Assembly: GCF_000143415.4 (NCBI RefSeq)
Contig: NW_003314270.1
Span: 680,453-744,452, forward strand
Direction of reading: 5' to 3'
Source: Selaginella moellendorffii
Taxonomy: Eukaryota > Plantae > Lycopodiophyta
DNA length: 64,000 nt
Every line of letters starts with the position of its first letter. Position 1 is the stretch's first letter. The notes under the pieces are model-generated. The model was not told where the DNA came from, did no database searches, and saw only the letters and a program-made list of their open reading frames with translations. The position numbers and the translations under genes were made by a program. Shown piece after piece: positions 12,770 to 25,497 of the stretch.

Positions 12770-13110
12770 CCTTGTCCATCCCCGGAAGAACGAATGCAAG
12801 GTGACTACCATCAGGAGATACGCATAAGCCACTCAAGAAAACGAAGGAAGAAAACGCTCACAAAGTTGATCCTGGAACCGGGTGGCAACCCCACAAGCCC
12901 GTCGTGACAAGGACGACATATAAAGCCTTCTGTAATGAACTGTGAAAAATGATCTCTTTCTCTTTCCTGTAACAGAAAATAGCAAACGTCAGCTGATCGT
13001 CGAAAGCATCACACTCAGAATCATTCGGCCTCATCTCGGCAAAAATTTCTGGATCGCCATAGACTTGATCAGCCACAGCACGGAACAAGCAGTTGTACTT
13101 CGACTGAAAT
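12770..13110 (-). pseudogene. OTU deubiquitinase (OTLD1/OTU6-like) fragment
   Basis: Minus strand gives NCLFRAVADQVYGDPE (~13045-13095) and, after an acceptor, ERERDHFSQFITEGF (~12922-12967). The His-box region is missing and the frame is disrupted. Confidence 0.8.
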
Positions 13111-14051
13111 TCCTCGAACTTCCAAAGCTTGCTTATGACTCCCTTGTAGCTTGTTTATCTGGATAAAAACATACGAGAACTTCAATCGGTGGCTGTTCTT
13201 TCTTGGCTAACCTCATGGCGTTTCATCTCAAGCATCGCCTGCAAGAAAGAAGAAGCCCTATGTCTATACAAGCGGCTGAACGAAAAAACTGATTACACGA
13301 TCGTAAGTTCTGCTTGCGAGTTTTCAAAAGCATCCTTTCCAAAGCCGCATCTTCTGAGCGACAGATGCTTGTTCCTTGCTTGTACACGCTATTCTTCTCG
13401 GCAGTCACCAAGCTTCTTAGACGAGTTTACATATTTATGAGAAGAAAGGAACATGGTTTACGAAACGACTTGTTTTTCATGAGCCTCTGTGATTTGCTCG
13501 ACTTTGGCCTCCACACCGCTCCAAAGCTTTGTCCTCGCAGTGCTTTACTTTCAGCATGGCATTCCATTCTGGTTCTTAGCTTCCAATGCTCGTGTAGCTG
13601 CCGGTCCTCTACCAAACAAGACAGCGCAATTTCCAGGTCGCTCTTGACGCACACTTGTTCTTGGAGCCCAAAGAAAGCCCGTGGAGGACGATTTGCTGCT
13701 GCCTTGATTTCTTAACTATAAACCCTAAAGGGCCAATAGAAAAGTTTAAATTAAACTTTTAAAAAAAGAAATTTTCACTTTACTTTCTAAAATAATAATT
13801 CATATTTTAATGGAAATACTCCTTTAGAAAATAAAAAATAAATTTAAATCTAATTTATAAATATCTTAACTAATGTATTTTAAAAGTCTATATTCTAAAG
13901 CTTTGCATTTGTTTCTTTTACATAGATGATAGGTCAAATATTTAATTTATGTGAATTAAGAATTCTACCAGAAAAAAGATAATTGTAAATAATATAGACT
14001 TTCCTTTATGACAAATAAATATTATTTAATTAAATTTTGAATTCTTGAGTA

Positions 14052-14930
14052 ATGTCATATTTTAAATTTATATTTCTGTACTATATAATTATTTTAACTT
14101 CGAAATTAGTTTATACTAAATCAAATATTGAGTTTATTAGAAATAATAGTTTAACTGAAGAAGTAACTGGAATGATTGTAGATAATATAGATTTTCTTAT
14201 ATCTACAATTGGTCAAAACAATAAATATCCCCAAGATTATACAAAAAACTGGGAATTAAACCATCAAATGGGAGTTGCTAATATACAACTTCAAAGAATA
14301 CCATCATTATGCATTCCAAAAACTAATGAATTAGTAATTGGTCGTACATTACATCATGGATTAACAAGATTACTTATTGATTATTCAAAAGATATAAGAA
14401 ATGCACGTGCTAATTCATGTAAAGTTACAAATCGAAATTTTCAAATTCAGTACTCTTTCTCCTCTTTTGGGATTAATAATATGATGACATTTTTCTTTTC
14501 ATTGAGAAAATATTATAAAACTGAAAATTGTGATAATAGTATAACCACTTTAAACTCTGCATTTGAAAATCATATACTATATACAGGTCAATTTATACAA
14601 TCTCGGAATGGCAAAAACATATTATTAGTAGAATCAAATTGTAAAATTTCTATTTATTCTGGAAAAAATCTTTTATGGAGATCACAAAATATAAAAGAAT
14701 ATTATGGTTTATGTTTTTTAGTACTTCAGAAAGATGGTAATCTTGTTTTATATAATAACAAAAAATTAGTGGTGTGGTCAATTAACAAATTTTGTAAAGC
14801 TAACCCTCATTGCTATTTATTTACTTACCTTACATTACAAAATGATTGTAATTTAGTATCTTATAAAACAAAGTTAAATACTATTTGGTGGGCAACTAAT
14901 ACATATAACCATCAAGGATGTATTATTTAA
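14052..14930 (+). CDS. Secreted protein with a C-terminal bulb-type (GNA) mannose-binding lectin domain, AT-rich and intronless
   Basis: 292-codon ORF with a hydrophobic N-terminal signal; LYTGQFIQSRNG..., QKDGNLVLY and QNDCNLVSY match the QxDxNxVxY mannose-binding motif; ends WWATNT. Confidence 0.8.
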   Translation: MSYFKFIFLYYIIILTSKLVYTKSNIEFIRNNSLTEEVTGMIVDNIDFLISTIGQNNKYPQDYTKNWELNHQMGVANIQLQRIPSLCIPKTNELVIGRTLHHGLTRLLIDYSKDIRNARANSCKVTNRNFQIQYSFSSFGINNMMTFFFSLRKYYKTENCDNSITTLNSAFENHILYTGQFIQSRNGKNILLVESNCKISIYSGKNLLWRSQNIKEYYGLCFLVLQKDGNLVLYNNKKLVVWSINKFCKANPHCYLFTYLTLQNDCNLVSYKTKLNTIWWATNTYNHQGCII

Positions 14931-15143
14931 AATTTCGTTTTCTATTTTACATTGTGGGTTTTTTGTTTTTGTTTCTTGATAATTTAGATTTAAAACATGA
15001 GATTCTTTCATATGTTACTAGTATTTCTCAAAATAACTTTAGGCCTTTTATAATATACTTCCTTTTTAACTACTTTTGGATTAGCCTAATCCTTATTTCC
15101 TTTATTTGTTTTTTAAATAAAAGTTACTCGGCCTCAAATTGCT

Positions 15144-18100
15144 TTATGACTGAAGACATCTTGAGAGCAAAGCTTGATCTACTTTGCTTTGCAAAAGCTC
15201 TAGCAATGCCTTGGAACGTTTGAGATCCTCCTTATCAAACTTCTCCCAAGAGCACGTCAACAGCATCTCAAGCACGCCAATCTCGCCCGAGGACTCCTCT
15301 TCTCGCTCAAACGCTTGGGCTCCTCCATGAGACGAGTAAATTCTTTGAGCCTTGAGGTTCCTTGGAGCAAGCTCCAGAGAGTGTGGACCCGTGAAATCCC
15401 CGGCGAGCTTGAGTGCTTCGTCCACAACAGCGGTGTCCAAGATATCAACGTCGAGGGAGTCCGCTGGAGTATCGAAATCGGCCTGGCTGAAGTCGACGGT
15501 GGTGTAAGTCTTCACTCCGGCTCCCTGTTCCCTCTGGAGCTTCCGGACTTCCTTCTGGTGATCCGTGAGAGCGAGTTCCTTCTGAGGCTGGCTTGGGATA
15601 AGCACGTAGCCGCTGCTTTTATCTTCCATCTCCATTCGTCCCGCATTGCTGAGCCGGACTTTCTTTCTCGGGATCTCGTCAGTGGCTAGTACTTGTCCAC
15701 CTGTTGCTGCTGCCGAGAAGACTTTTTTGAGTGGCGTGGCCTCAGGTGTTCTGTTCTCCATACTCTGCGCGTCCAGACTACCAGGCATGATTTGCGTTGT
15801 GTATGGCTCGAGGTCTGACGCAACTAGTCCTGGTAAAGTGATCGCCACCTGACTTTTGAGCTTCGCTAGTGATGGAAGAAGGCTGCTGGGATAGCTCAAG
15901 GCTGGCGTCCTGGCGTAAGTCTCTTCCCAGAATGCCAGAGTCCTGTTCGAGATTGGATCATACGGATGCTCCAATGCACAGGCCAAGCTCGATGCCTGGA
16001 GAAAGAGAAGGTCGGAGTCGAAGACCATCTCGGGCTGACACCTTTGAAGACAGGAGAGTAGGCCGTCCCACAACTGATGAAGCTTTTCCAGCAACGATGC
16101 AGGAAAGCTCTTGTCGGCGCTCAGTAACAAGTTCAAAGGCTTCTCGAGAACCTGTGCGTTCAAAATGGGAAATGAGTTGGTCTTCTTCTTTTTTTTTCTA
16201 TTCGACTGAAAAATCTCTTACGTGTAGAAGTCGTAAGGCGTTGTGCTGACTGCTGACTCGTTTGCTATAAAATGCCAGTGCTTCCAGGACCCTGTGACAA
16301 GCTTTAGCTCATAAGAATCAAGAACTAGAAGTAGCTTAACCTTGTTATGATTTTAATCGTAGAGGGACACTCCGTTCCTGCCAACATCAGCACCCTGAAG
16401 CATTAACAGCAAAAGATGAAAGTTAGTCCGCATGCGAAGTTGCATAAAACCATACCTGTTTGCGACAGTGATAACATCCCGCATTTCTCCATCAGCAACA
16501 TTAAAGCTTCTCCTTTTCCCGGTCTTGGATTTGTGGACGTCTGCTTGTCTGAGGGCATGACTAACACCAAATCCCGCAAGCTCGAGAAATTCGGTGAGAC
16601 CTGTCAACCTTAGACCACTTGAGATTTGTTCGTCAATAAGCTTAACCAGCCGTCGATAAAGCTCTTGCAGGAAGCTGCGATTTTTCAACGACGAAACTCT
16701 CCAAGTTGCTTCATAAAGCTGGATCCAAAGTGTTCTCGTAGAGCTGAGTTCTCTTCCTCCGGGTTGGAAAAAGCACTTCACGGGGAAAAGAAGAGCGTCG
16801 CATATACAACCAGTTTTCCCTTCACCACCAATATCACTAGTTTCATCGACGTAGTTTAGCAGCTGCTCTGCTACCGAGTTCCACCATTGCAGAAGGAACG
16901 CGCTCGCCATCTTCGGTTTTTTACCGCCAGCTGCTGAATACAGCAGACTTAAGCAGGCCACCTGTTCTTGAACACTTCCAAGGACGTCGAAAGGTGCTCT
17001 TAAAGCACAGAGAAGCGTTTCAGTCCCGTGAAGAATAGACTCTTCTGGTTCCCGGAGAAGCATGTCCATCCAGGCAGCCAGCATGTGCACAACCGGACGT
17101 ACCAGCACAGTCGTATGCTCCGTCCAAGATAATAAAGTATGAGAGCGCCGCCATGGAGTTCTGTAGAAGGACGATGCTAAAACCATGGGTCCGAGCTCGT
17201 CGATAAGAACTCTAAAGAAGTTCCATGCCCAAGTCTTCCAAATACTCGGAGAGTTTTCCTCGTTGCAAAGCCCGACGGCGAATCCCAGGAGCCAATGTAC
17301 ACCGTCTCGCTGCTCAGGACTGTGTTGAGCCGCCACCATGGTCTTCACGATGATGTACCATAGCCTGGCGGCAGCAGCCAGGCTCCAGTCTCTCTTTTCC
17401 TCCAGGCTCTTCATTCCACAGTCCCAGAAAAGCCTCATTGCCTCTTCAAGAACTTCAACACCTTTGAGAGTCCATGGCTCGAAATTCAACTTCGTTGCTT
17501 CTTCTAACAAAGGCTGGTCTCCTTGGATATCGGACGTTGCAAACGTAAGTCGAGTGAAGTCTGGTGTCGATGATAAGTTCGTCGAAGCATACGTTTCCAC
17601 CAGTGCAATGCAGTTTCGCCAAACCCACGGATCTCGCACCGGGTCGACATTTACGACAGCTTGAATGACTGGAACAACGCTGTGCTTGAAGTTTTGAGGA
17701 TCGTTCAAACGCGTACCGAGCACTTCCAGGATATGTATCCATGTCTTGCAATATCGGGACTTGACTGATAGAACACGCTCGCTCTTGATAGCAGATAGAA
17801 TAGGCGTCAACAGGAGCTTGAGGCGCTTCGGCTGAGCGTCGTCAGGCGGTATAACTGCATCAATAAACGATTCCCAAGCGTCCTGACAACGAGGAAAAGT
17901 ATTAGAAAAACACAGACATACATCGACGTACGCACATAAGTTGCAATCCTGGCCTGAGCGTCGTTCTTCGTGAATGCGAGCTCCGGAACTTTGATCAGCT
18001 CATTTGCTAGTGACTTATTGCTGATAAGATGGCTACCGAGCAATGTGATAAACATTTTCCAAGCGCTGATGGCTGCTGGAGCAACTTGACCACCGGAGGC

Positions 18101-19065
18101 TACCATTTTCATCAGCTTTGCCAGCAACGTAGTGCGTATATCGTTGGCACAAACCTTTTTCAAATTCACAATTTCAAAGTCACGCAAGGAACACTACCGA
18201 ACTGAGTACCTCTAAGAACAAAAGTGAGCAAGGCCGAATGTACACTAGAAGCTCGTCCAAGGCATGAGAAACCATGCATCTCTCGGCTTTGTCCATACTA
18301 ACGAGCCTCATATAAAGTGGTGGTGCCCAGACGTGTGCATGCGCTCGTGCTTTCGCTGGTGCTATGGAAACGACGAAACGAAGAGCCTGAAACTAAAACG
18401 TTATAGAATTAAAATGAAACTTTTGTCATACCTGTAGAGCCTCGAAGATCACGGAAAGCGAACCCAAATGGTTGTTGATCGCACACACTACAGCGCTGAT
18501 GAGGTTTTCAAAGTGATTCTCGATGATACTAGCCTTGAATTGCTGAACTGAAACGCACCACATGCTAAGTTTAAGTTGCAACTACACAGAAGGAAGCAGC
18601 TTCGTCAGAGAAAAAAAACTAAAAAAAACGAGGCCATGAAATGAAAAAAATGTGTATGAACCTTCTCGCTGCTGCCAGTAGCGATCTTCACGAAAGTTAG
18701 CAGAATTGTAGAGGCCAGATCGTCTAAGGTTTTGGCAAGAGAAAAAGGGTTAAAACAAAGAAGGATGGCGAAGGCTACCTGGAAGTTTTTCCACATAGCT
18801 CGAGTTGCTAATGAAGAAACCCAGGCACCGCAATGCGCTTGATGCCCTGCGCGCCGCAAACTCCCACGATTCACACACACAAATGAAGAACAAAACAAAA
18901 CACTTACAAGAGAGAATTTCGAGAGCTTGCATCCAAGCGCGCCTGCTCGAAGAAGAACCCCCAATCATCCGCATCCCCTTGCGGCGGCGAGCACTGAAGC
19001 GCTTGATACTGACGAATGCGCTCATCATCCGAGCTCGCCGCAAACTCCTGGATGGACATCTTCAT
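15144..19065 (-). CDS. RIF1: Telomere-associated / replication-timing protein RIF1 (multi-exon)
   Basis: HEAT-like N-terminus (ALRCLGFFI, AWKMFITLLG, ANELIKVPELAF) and plant RIF1-type C-terminal motif LTDHQKEVRK...GVKTYTTVDFSQ; large exons ~16455-17880 and 15144-16150; probable ATG at 19065. Confidence 0.8.
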
Positions 19066-19112
19066 CCGCGAAGACCCCACAAGCACAAGCGCTTAAACCC
19101 TAGCATCGTTCA

Positions 19113-19141
19113 TTTTCCCGCCAGTTCTAGAATTTTCCCGC
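19113..19141. promoter_or_regulatory. Two E2F-consensus sites (TTTTCCCGC) upstream of RIF1, plus a telo-box-like AAACCCTA at ~19095
   Basis: TTTTCCCGC at 19113-19121 and 19133-19141, within 80 bp of the RIF1 start; matches the E2F consensus TTTSSCGC. Confidence 0.7.
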
Positions 19142-19243
19142 CACATCTCAAACATTGGCTATTGTGTGTGAAGAACCCTAAAATTAGGGCAGAGGTGCCA
19201 GCGGCAAAATCTTCTTAGGTGAATCCACCAGAAGAATCTCTAG

Positions 19244-20902
19244 CTAGTCGCTCGCGTTTCTCTCTTTCCGGCTATCGATCTTCACCCATCTTCGATTCGG
19301 CACGTCCTCCTCGCACTGCCGGATGAGATTCTCCAGCGTCGTCTCCTCTCTAGTTCGATTGCAATCGCAGCTATACGGCTCGAAGTTTAGGAAGCACGGA
19401 TCCGACGCGAATACCCTGGTACACACCGGGTGCTCGGGATTGGGTTGGATCCACATGAGCCAGGGCCGGAGGTGCGCCAATCCTTGCGCGGCGTAGCCAA
19501 ACGTCGACAGAGGGCTGGTGATGAGAGTGTCAGCCAGCGAGAGAAGAAAGATCTCCATCAAGGCCTTCTCATCGTGGTGAGTTTGTCCGGTTTTTTGATG
19601 TTCTTCGTGGCTTGGCTGATGGACGCTAACTCGAATCCCTCCCTCGGTGGCAGCGTTTAAGTACGTTGCTCGCAACGCTTCGAGGTGAGCTTGGTTGAGC
19701 GAAGTGACCAGCACGGCAATGGATCTGCCGGAAGAAGAAGAAGAATTGGAGCTCTTCTTTGAGGTGAGTGCTTGCGATTGATCCTCCAAAGTGATGTTTT
19801 TGTGATTGATCTCGCTGGTTTCTCCCAGGATCTCCGGCTCCTCCTGCGTGACGTTTGGAAGAACTCGGTTCTCCACAGCGCACTGGAGAACTTCTCTCGC
19901 GTAGTTCTTGCGGACGCCCTCAAATCCAGGCGGCGCTCTCATCTGGATCCCAACCAGCGTCTCGGCGTGCGCCAAGTAAGAATCGTAGAACCGGGTGGTC
20001 CTCTTCCAGACGGAGTTTGAGGGGTGGAGCAAGTACCTTGTGGCATGATGAAAGATGGCGTCCTCGCCGGGGAAGAGCCGCTCCATCTCCGACTTGAACG
20101 ATGGAACGTAGTAGAGGCTGGGGACGTAGAAGACGTTCGATCGGACAAACACCCAGGGAACTTGGCTCCGGATCACGCCCTGCTGCTCCTCGCAGAAGAA
20201 CTTGGTGTCGTCGCGATCATACTCGTGGGTGATCCGGACGAGCACGGTTTCGGGGTACTTGACGCCGCTGGTGTTGCACTCTCCGGATCCAAACGCCTTG
20301 ACAACGCTGCCAAACCGGAAAGAATCATTCAGTGAGTACAGGAGATCCATCTTCGACTTTGGGAGGAGCCAGGAACTTTGAGGAAACGGCTCGCAGAAGA
20401 GGCGATCCATGTTTTCGGCGGCGGCGATGAGAAGAACTCGGTTCGTGAGCAGCGCGTAGATGAAGGTGGCGACGAGCGAGATCATCTTGTTGCCGAGGCC
20501 CATGTATCCGACGGCCACGATGAACTGGCACGGGGGATCCGACGGCGACGGTGGTGACTTGTCGGCCTCTCCAGCGCAGCGAGCGTGGAGCTCCTCGTAC
20601 TCCCGGAGCCGTTGGATGAGGCTATCGGACGGGCGGGAGGGGCTGGAGGGATGGCGGCGATACGACTGGTATTGGAACCGGCTGAGGCACTGGCGGCCGC
20701 GATCATCCTTTTGCTTCCACACTTCTGGGAGGAGGCCTTGCTCGTTCTCGTCGCTGCGAGGAGGAAGCGTGTGATTTAAGAGGATGAAGCTGGAGAAGAA
20801 TGGATTGGGCGATTGCTGGGCTTTGAGGAGGAAGTGCAAGGCGAGAGTGAGCGAGAGGACGAGGCCTACAAGGCGGAACCATGGCATTTTCAGGGCATGC
20901 AT
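19244..20902 (-). CDS. FUT: Galactoside 2-alpha-L-fucosyltransferase (GT37, xyloglucan FUT1-like), intronless
   Basis: Type II membrane anchor; CLSRFQ, LREYEELHARC, GLGNKMISLVATFIYALLTNRVLLI, RYLLHPSNSVW, GIQMR, ALMEIFLLSLADTLITSPLSTFGYAAQGL. Confidence 0.95.
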   Translation of the reverse strand: MHALKMPWFRLVGLVLSLTLALHFLLKAQQSPNPFFSSFILLNHTLPPRSDENEQGLLPEVWKQKDDRGRQCLSRFQYQSYRRHPSSPSRPSDSLIQRLREYEELHARCAGEADKSPPSPSDPPCQFIVAVGYMGLGNKMISLVATFIYALLTNRVLLIAAAENMDRLFCEPFPQSSWLLPKSKMDLLYSLNDSFRFGSVVKAFGSGECNTSGVKYPETVLVRITHEYDRDDTKFFCEEQQGVIRSQVPWVFVRSNVFYVPSLYYVPSFKSEMERLFPGEDAIFHHATRYLLHPSNSVWKRTTRFYDSYLAHAETLVGIQMRAPPGFEGVRKNYAREVLQCAVENRVLPNVTQEEPEILGETSEINHKNITLEDQSQALTSKKSSNSSSSSGRSIAVLVTSLNQAHLEALRATYLNAATEGGIRVSVHQPSHEEHQKTGQTHHDEKALMEIFLLSLADTLITSPLSTFGYAAQGLAHLRPWLMWIQPNPEHPVCTRVFASDPCFLNFEPYSCDCNRTREETTLENLIRQCEEDVPNRRWVKIDSRKERNASD

Positions 20903-21215
20903 TGGTGGGTGATCGATCGACTTGGTCGCCCTACAAAATCAAAGCGCATGTGGAGCAAAGTTAGGAGAGCAAATCGGTAAGGTGGAACTATATACCGAAA
21001 ATTTGATTTTGACAAACTCAAGTTTAGTCCTCGAGAATTACATAGTTGTTTTGGACATTATTTAATCAAAGTAAAATGAGAAGAATATGCATTAAAAAGT
21101 AAACTGAGTTAATTTAATCAATTGATCCAGTGAACTTAATGATATTAATTAAAGTTTTGCTTAGGGTTTTTAGTGAATAACTTTTATATTAGAATATTTC
21201 TGACATTTTTAGGAA

Positions 21216-22788
21216 TTAATGTATGTTAAGTGCTTTTGTTGGTGGTCTTGCAACCGGAAAAACTTTGAGCGGACAAGCCCTGGGCACGGTCAAACCAAAC
21301 ACCTCGGACATATCCAGCAAAGCTGGGTCCGGTCCAGCCCAGTCAAACGCATGAACCAAATTGCCCAGAATGTAGTAAACGGTGGTCAAACCGAGATGAA
21401 TCCCCGGGCAACCCCTCCTCCCAGCTCCAAATGGCAAGAGTTCAAAGTGCTGGCCCTTGACATCCACACAGCTCCCTAGAAATCTATCCGGATCAAACCT
21501 GGATGCATCCCTCCAAGTGGATTTGTCACGCCCGATCGCGTAGGCATTGATCAAGATCCTTGTTCTGGCGGGGAACGTGTATCCTCCAGCTCTAAAGCTC
21601 TCGATCGATTCATGAGGGAGCAAGAGCGGAACTGGCGGATGGAGCCGGAAAGTCTCTTTGACGATTGCTTGCAAGAACTCGAGCCTGGAGATATCCTCGT
21701 CTTCCATCAGCTTTCCTTCGCCAATCACTCGCTTGAGTTCCTCGCGAGCCTTGTCCATGAATTTGGGGTTCTTGATGAGCTCCGCCATCGCCCACTCTAT
21801 CAGAACAGCCGAAGTGTCCGTTCCAGCCGCGATCATGTCCTTAAACACACAGCAAAGTTTCACGTCAACTTTCCCGTCCATAGAAAGATTTTCATACAGC
21901 TTTATTACAACGTACCAGCGAAACGGCCTTAAGCGAAGCGTCCGTCAACTCCCCCGTGGAGATCATCAAGTCGATGAAGTCCTTCGGCTGACCACCAAAG
22001 TTCTTGCGATGAGTGTCAATCTCCTTTTGCAAGAACTGGTCGATCCCGTGCTGGACTTCCTCGATCTTTGCAACCTGCGTGTCCATCCATCCCAGCCAAG
22101 GAACAAAATCACCAAAGTGCATGCTACCACCGAGCTCAAACGCCCGAGTGATTGCTCGGTTGAAGAACAGCGCCTCCTCCATCTCTTCCTTGCTCGTCGC
22201 GCTCCCGGCCGAGTAGCTCTTGCTCATCACCATCTTGGCGATGGTGTTGAACGTAACATCCTTGATCATCGTTGACAAATCGACCTCCCGGCCCTCCTCC
22301 GCCATCGCCAGGAGCTCGCGAAGGAAGATCCTGGTCTCCTGTTTGCGAATGGGCTGGAAGAACTCGACACGCTTGGCCGTGAGGAGCTCCAGAGTGCACA
22401 GCTTCCGGATGCTCCTCCAGTGCTCCCCATAAGGCGCCCAGGCCAATCCGGCACCTCCATAGCCAAAGTATCTCGCGGAAGAGATCGCGGGCCTGGAAGA
22501 AGTTGCGATGTCTTGGAACTTGAGAAGCTCTCTTGCGGCGTCCGGGCAAGAGATGACCAGTGTGTCAACTTGCCCGAGCTTGAGGTGCATGAGTCCTCCA
22601 AACTTCCTGGAGAGATTAAGGAGGGAGATGTGAGGGAGATTGCCGAGGAGAGGCAAATGACCCAAGATTGGAACACAAAATCCTGGGGAAGGGGGTTTGC
22701 TGCCATTGTTCTTGAAGAGAAGAATGCCCACCAATTTGTAGAGAAAGAGCGAAAGTAAGCCCACTAGTACTATCTGGAGGAGCTCCAT
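21216..22788 (-). CDS. Cytochrome P450, CYP71 clan (A-type), 2 exons, about 498 aa
   Basis: Exons 22788-21916 and 21839-21216; PPSPG hinge, WRSIRK, AGTDTS, KETFR, FDPDRF, heme motif FGAGRRGCPG. Confidence 0.95.
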
Positions 22789-23441
22789 TGTTGCTTCTAA
22801 TGCTTTGAGCAAAGGATGATATATGTGGGATATGGACACTGGTTTAGCCGCCTGGAACAAAATAAATGCAACACAACAAATGGGAAGGAAACAAAAACGA
22901 TATACTGTTTGATCTATTTATGGATCTATTTGTGTCCAGGCCTGGCCTGATTGCTCCATCGTTGGCTTCTTATCCTCGAGCCTAAGATTCTAGTGCCTTA
23001 ATGATGCCCACCATCTTTGACTAACTTATGTTTGTTTTGCAATAAATTGTGCCAAGCTCTCAAAATTTCTTATTCCTTCCTATCAAGATTTTGATTTCCC
23101 AGACTTCTGCCACCTCCATGTTTCACTAGTGAAGCTTCTAGACATGTCTACCTCATGATTCTCCCATAGGTTCCTAGAATCTACCATGTCACAAAAATCA
23201 AGCTTTTTAGATTCGCTTTTGTTGATCTTTAAAACTTTCATTCATTTGAGGCTTATTATCAGAAGGTTTTGTTTATAGCATTGGATATGTTTAAATAAAA
23301 ATATTTTAGTTTATTATAAAGAAATGCTTACTTTTATTTACTTTCTATAAAAATTCATCTTCAGTTAAGGAAAAGGTTTTAAAACCTTTTGAGCAGCCAA
23401 CTATATAAAGGAGTTTTTAGCTAGTCACAGAGTTTGGGCTC

Positions 23442-23945
23442 ATGAGGTACTGCAAGCACAAGAACACTGTGAGAGTTTTCAAAATGGAAGACGGAGACTA
23501 TATGGTTCTAGAGCACCTCTATGATTTTAGGGCCTTTTATTTCGAGAAGGGTACAAGCTCTCCAAGGAGGGGATGGTCAAGGAAATCATATTCCAATTTG
23601 GTGGGCTTGGCAAGTTTGCAGAAGTGAGAATTTGTGTACTAGCACATCCTCACAGCAACTTTGTGGTGAAGGTAAGAGATTTTCTTACTTGAGGAAGAGG
23701 TTTTAGGGCTTCAAAAGTTATCTCTGAGGAGATTGAGAAGATTGGGAAAGGTGTGGACATGCAGGGAGTTGGAGTTCTGTTTGCAAGGAACCCCATAGAA
23801 ATCTTGATATGAGCTGGGATGAGGATGAAGGTGGTGGAAAAGATGAAGAAGTTTTTCGAGAGGGATTAGTATAAAATTATTGAAGAGAAAGCTTGGGATC
23901 CAGACAAAAGGTTTACTACAGAACAAGCAACAAGAACCTGGAAGA
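23442..23945 (+). pseudogene. Possible protein kinase relic (CMGC-like)
   Basis: MRYCKHKNTVRVFKMEDGDYMVLEHLYD resembles subdomains III-V and WDPDKRFTTEQA resembles subdomain XI; many stops in between. Confidence 0.35.
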
Positions 23946-24395
23946 AAGAAGATTCACACCTATTGCTCGTGCAACTTGGACGTAGTTCTATGCAGCAGAA
24001 ATGCTTGTTTGATGTTCCAGACCATGGAGGAGTGGAACACTGGAAGAGATTTCGTCCAACATGATCACCATGGAGAGCAAAGAAGGAATTGAATTCCTAT
24101 GGCACCTCCCATGGTGGTAACTCCTTCATTTTTCTGATGTGTGCTTCTTTCTTTGTTCTTGAACTTACAGATTATACCTCCAGGAATGAATGACATTCAT
24201 GGCAATACTGTCCATGTTGCTAGAGATTATTTGGGGAGAGGTGAGAAAGGACTTTCTTAAGTTCTCTTTCTCTTTGGATAGATCATGTGCTTCTTGCACA
24301 GTGTAATAATCCTGGCACTTGCTCATCCAGATTCCAAAACTATATCACCACATATACATATTGTGAGAGATCTCATGAACTTGGTAATTATATCT
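23932..24395 (+). repeat. Left arm of a ~460-bp inverted duplication (partner 32745-33209)
   Basis: For example AAGAACCTGGAAGAAAGAAGA...GTAGTTCTATGCAGCAGAAATGCTTGTTTGATGTTCCAGACCATGGAGGAGTGGAACACT is the reverse complement of ~33098-33209. Confidence 0.9.
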
Positions 24396-24831
24396 TTCAT
24401 GGGCCCTTTCCCTTTATATTTAAACTTTTATGAGTTGTTTTTCAAGTTATTTCCTTTGGTTGCTTATATATGCTATACCATCCAACCACCCTTGAGCCAC
24501 CTCCACTATACCACCGCTTTACTATGAGCCCTAGTGTAGATAATTCCTTATCCTAACATGCCTTAATATACCTTTGAACTTCCCTTTGATCCACATTAAC
24601 TACGTGGTTAAAGCTAGCACCTAACAACCTTTGCAATGCCCTTGTCATCATAGACTATCTAAGATGCGAGACTTGGTCATTTTTCCAAAACTATCCCAAT
24701 ATGAAAAGCCAAAGTAAAAAAGATAAAATAAGATAAATGAAAGAGTGCCCCCTTTTTTAATTCTTGAGATACTTAGGGTTAAACGTTAAAAGCTTACATT
24801 TGGTATTGGAGCGGTTTCGAGTGCGACTCTA

Positions 24832-25453
24832 TGTGAGACACAAAATCCCTAGGCCCCAAAGTGGAGCCGGAAAGGGTGCCACGTGGTAGTGGCTGAAGCG
24901 AGAGCCAAACGAGCGTAACACGTTTGGACCAAAAGCTCCGACTTGAAAAGTCGAGTGGAACTCCCAAAGAAGGGCTCGAGGAACAAGCATGAAGCGAGCA
25001 AAAAGCGAGGCTCCAAAAAGGGACCCAAAAGGACCAACACATGACATGTGGGAGTGTCCGAGATGGACTCGAGTTGGAGTCCGAAGTGGAGTCCAAGATG
25101 GACCCGAGTTGGAGTCCGAAGTGGAGTCCGAGATGGACCCGAGATGGAGTCCGAGATGGAGTCTGAAGTGGAGTCCGAGGTGGACCCGAGATGGAGTCCG
25201 AGGTGGAGTCCGAGATGGACCCGAGATGGAGTCCGAGATGGAGTCCGAGATGGAGTCCGAGGTGGACCCGAGATGGACCCGAAATGGAGTCCGAGATGGA
25301 GTCCGAGATGGACCCGAGATGGAGTCCGAGATGGAGTCCGAGATGGACCCGAGATGGACCCGAGATGGAGTCCGAGATGGAGTCCGAGATGGAGTCCGAG
25401 ATGGAGTCCGAGATGGAGTCCGAGATGGAGTCCGAAGTCGAGACCGAGACCGG

Positions 25454-25497
<44 letters not shown>

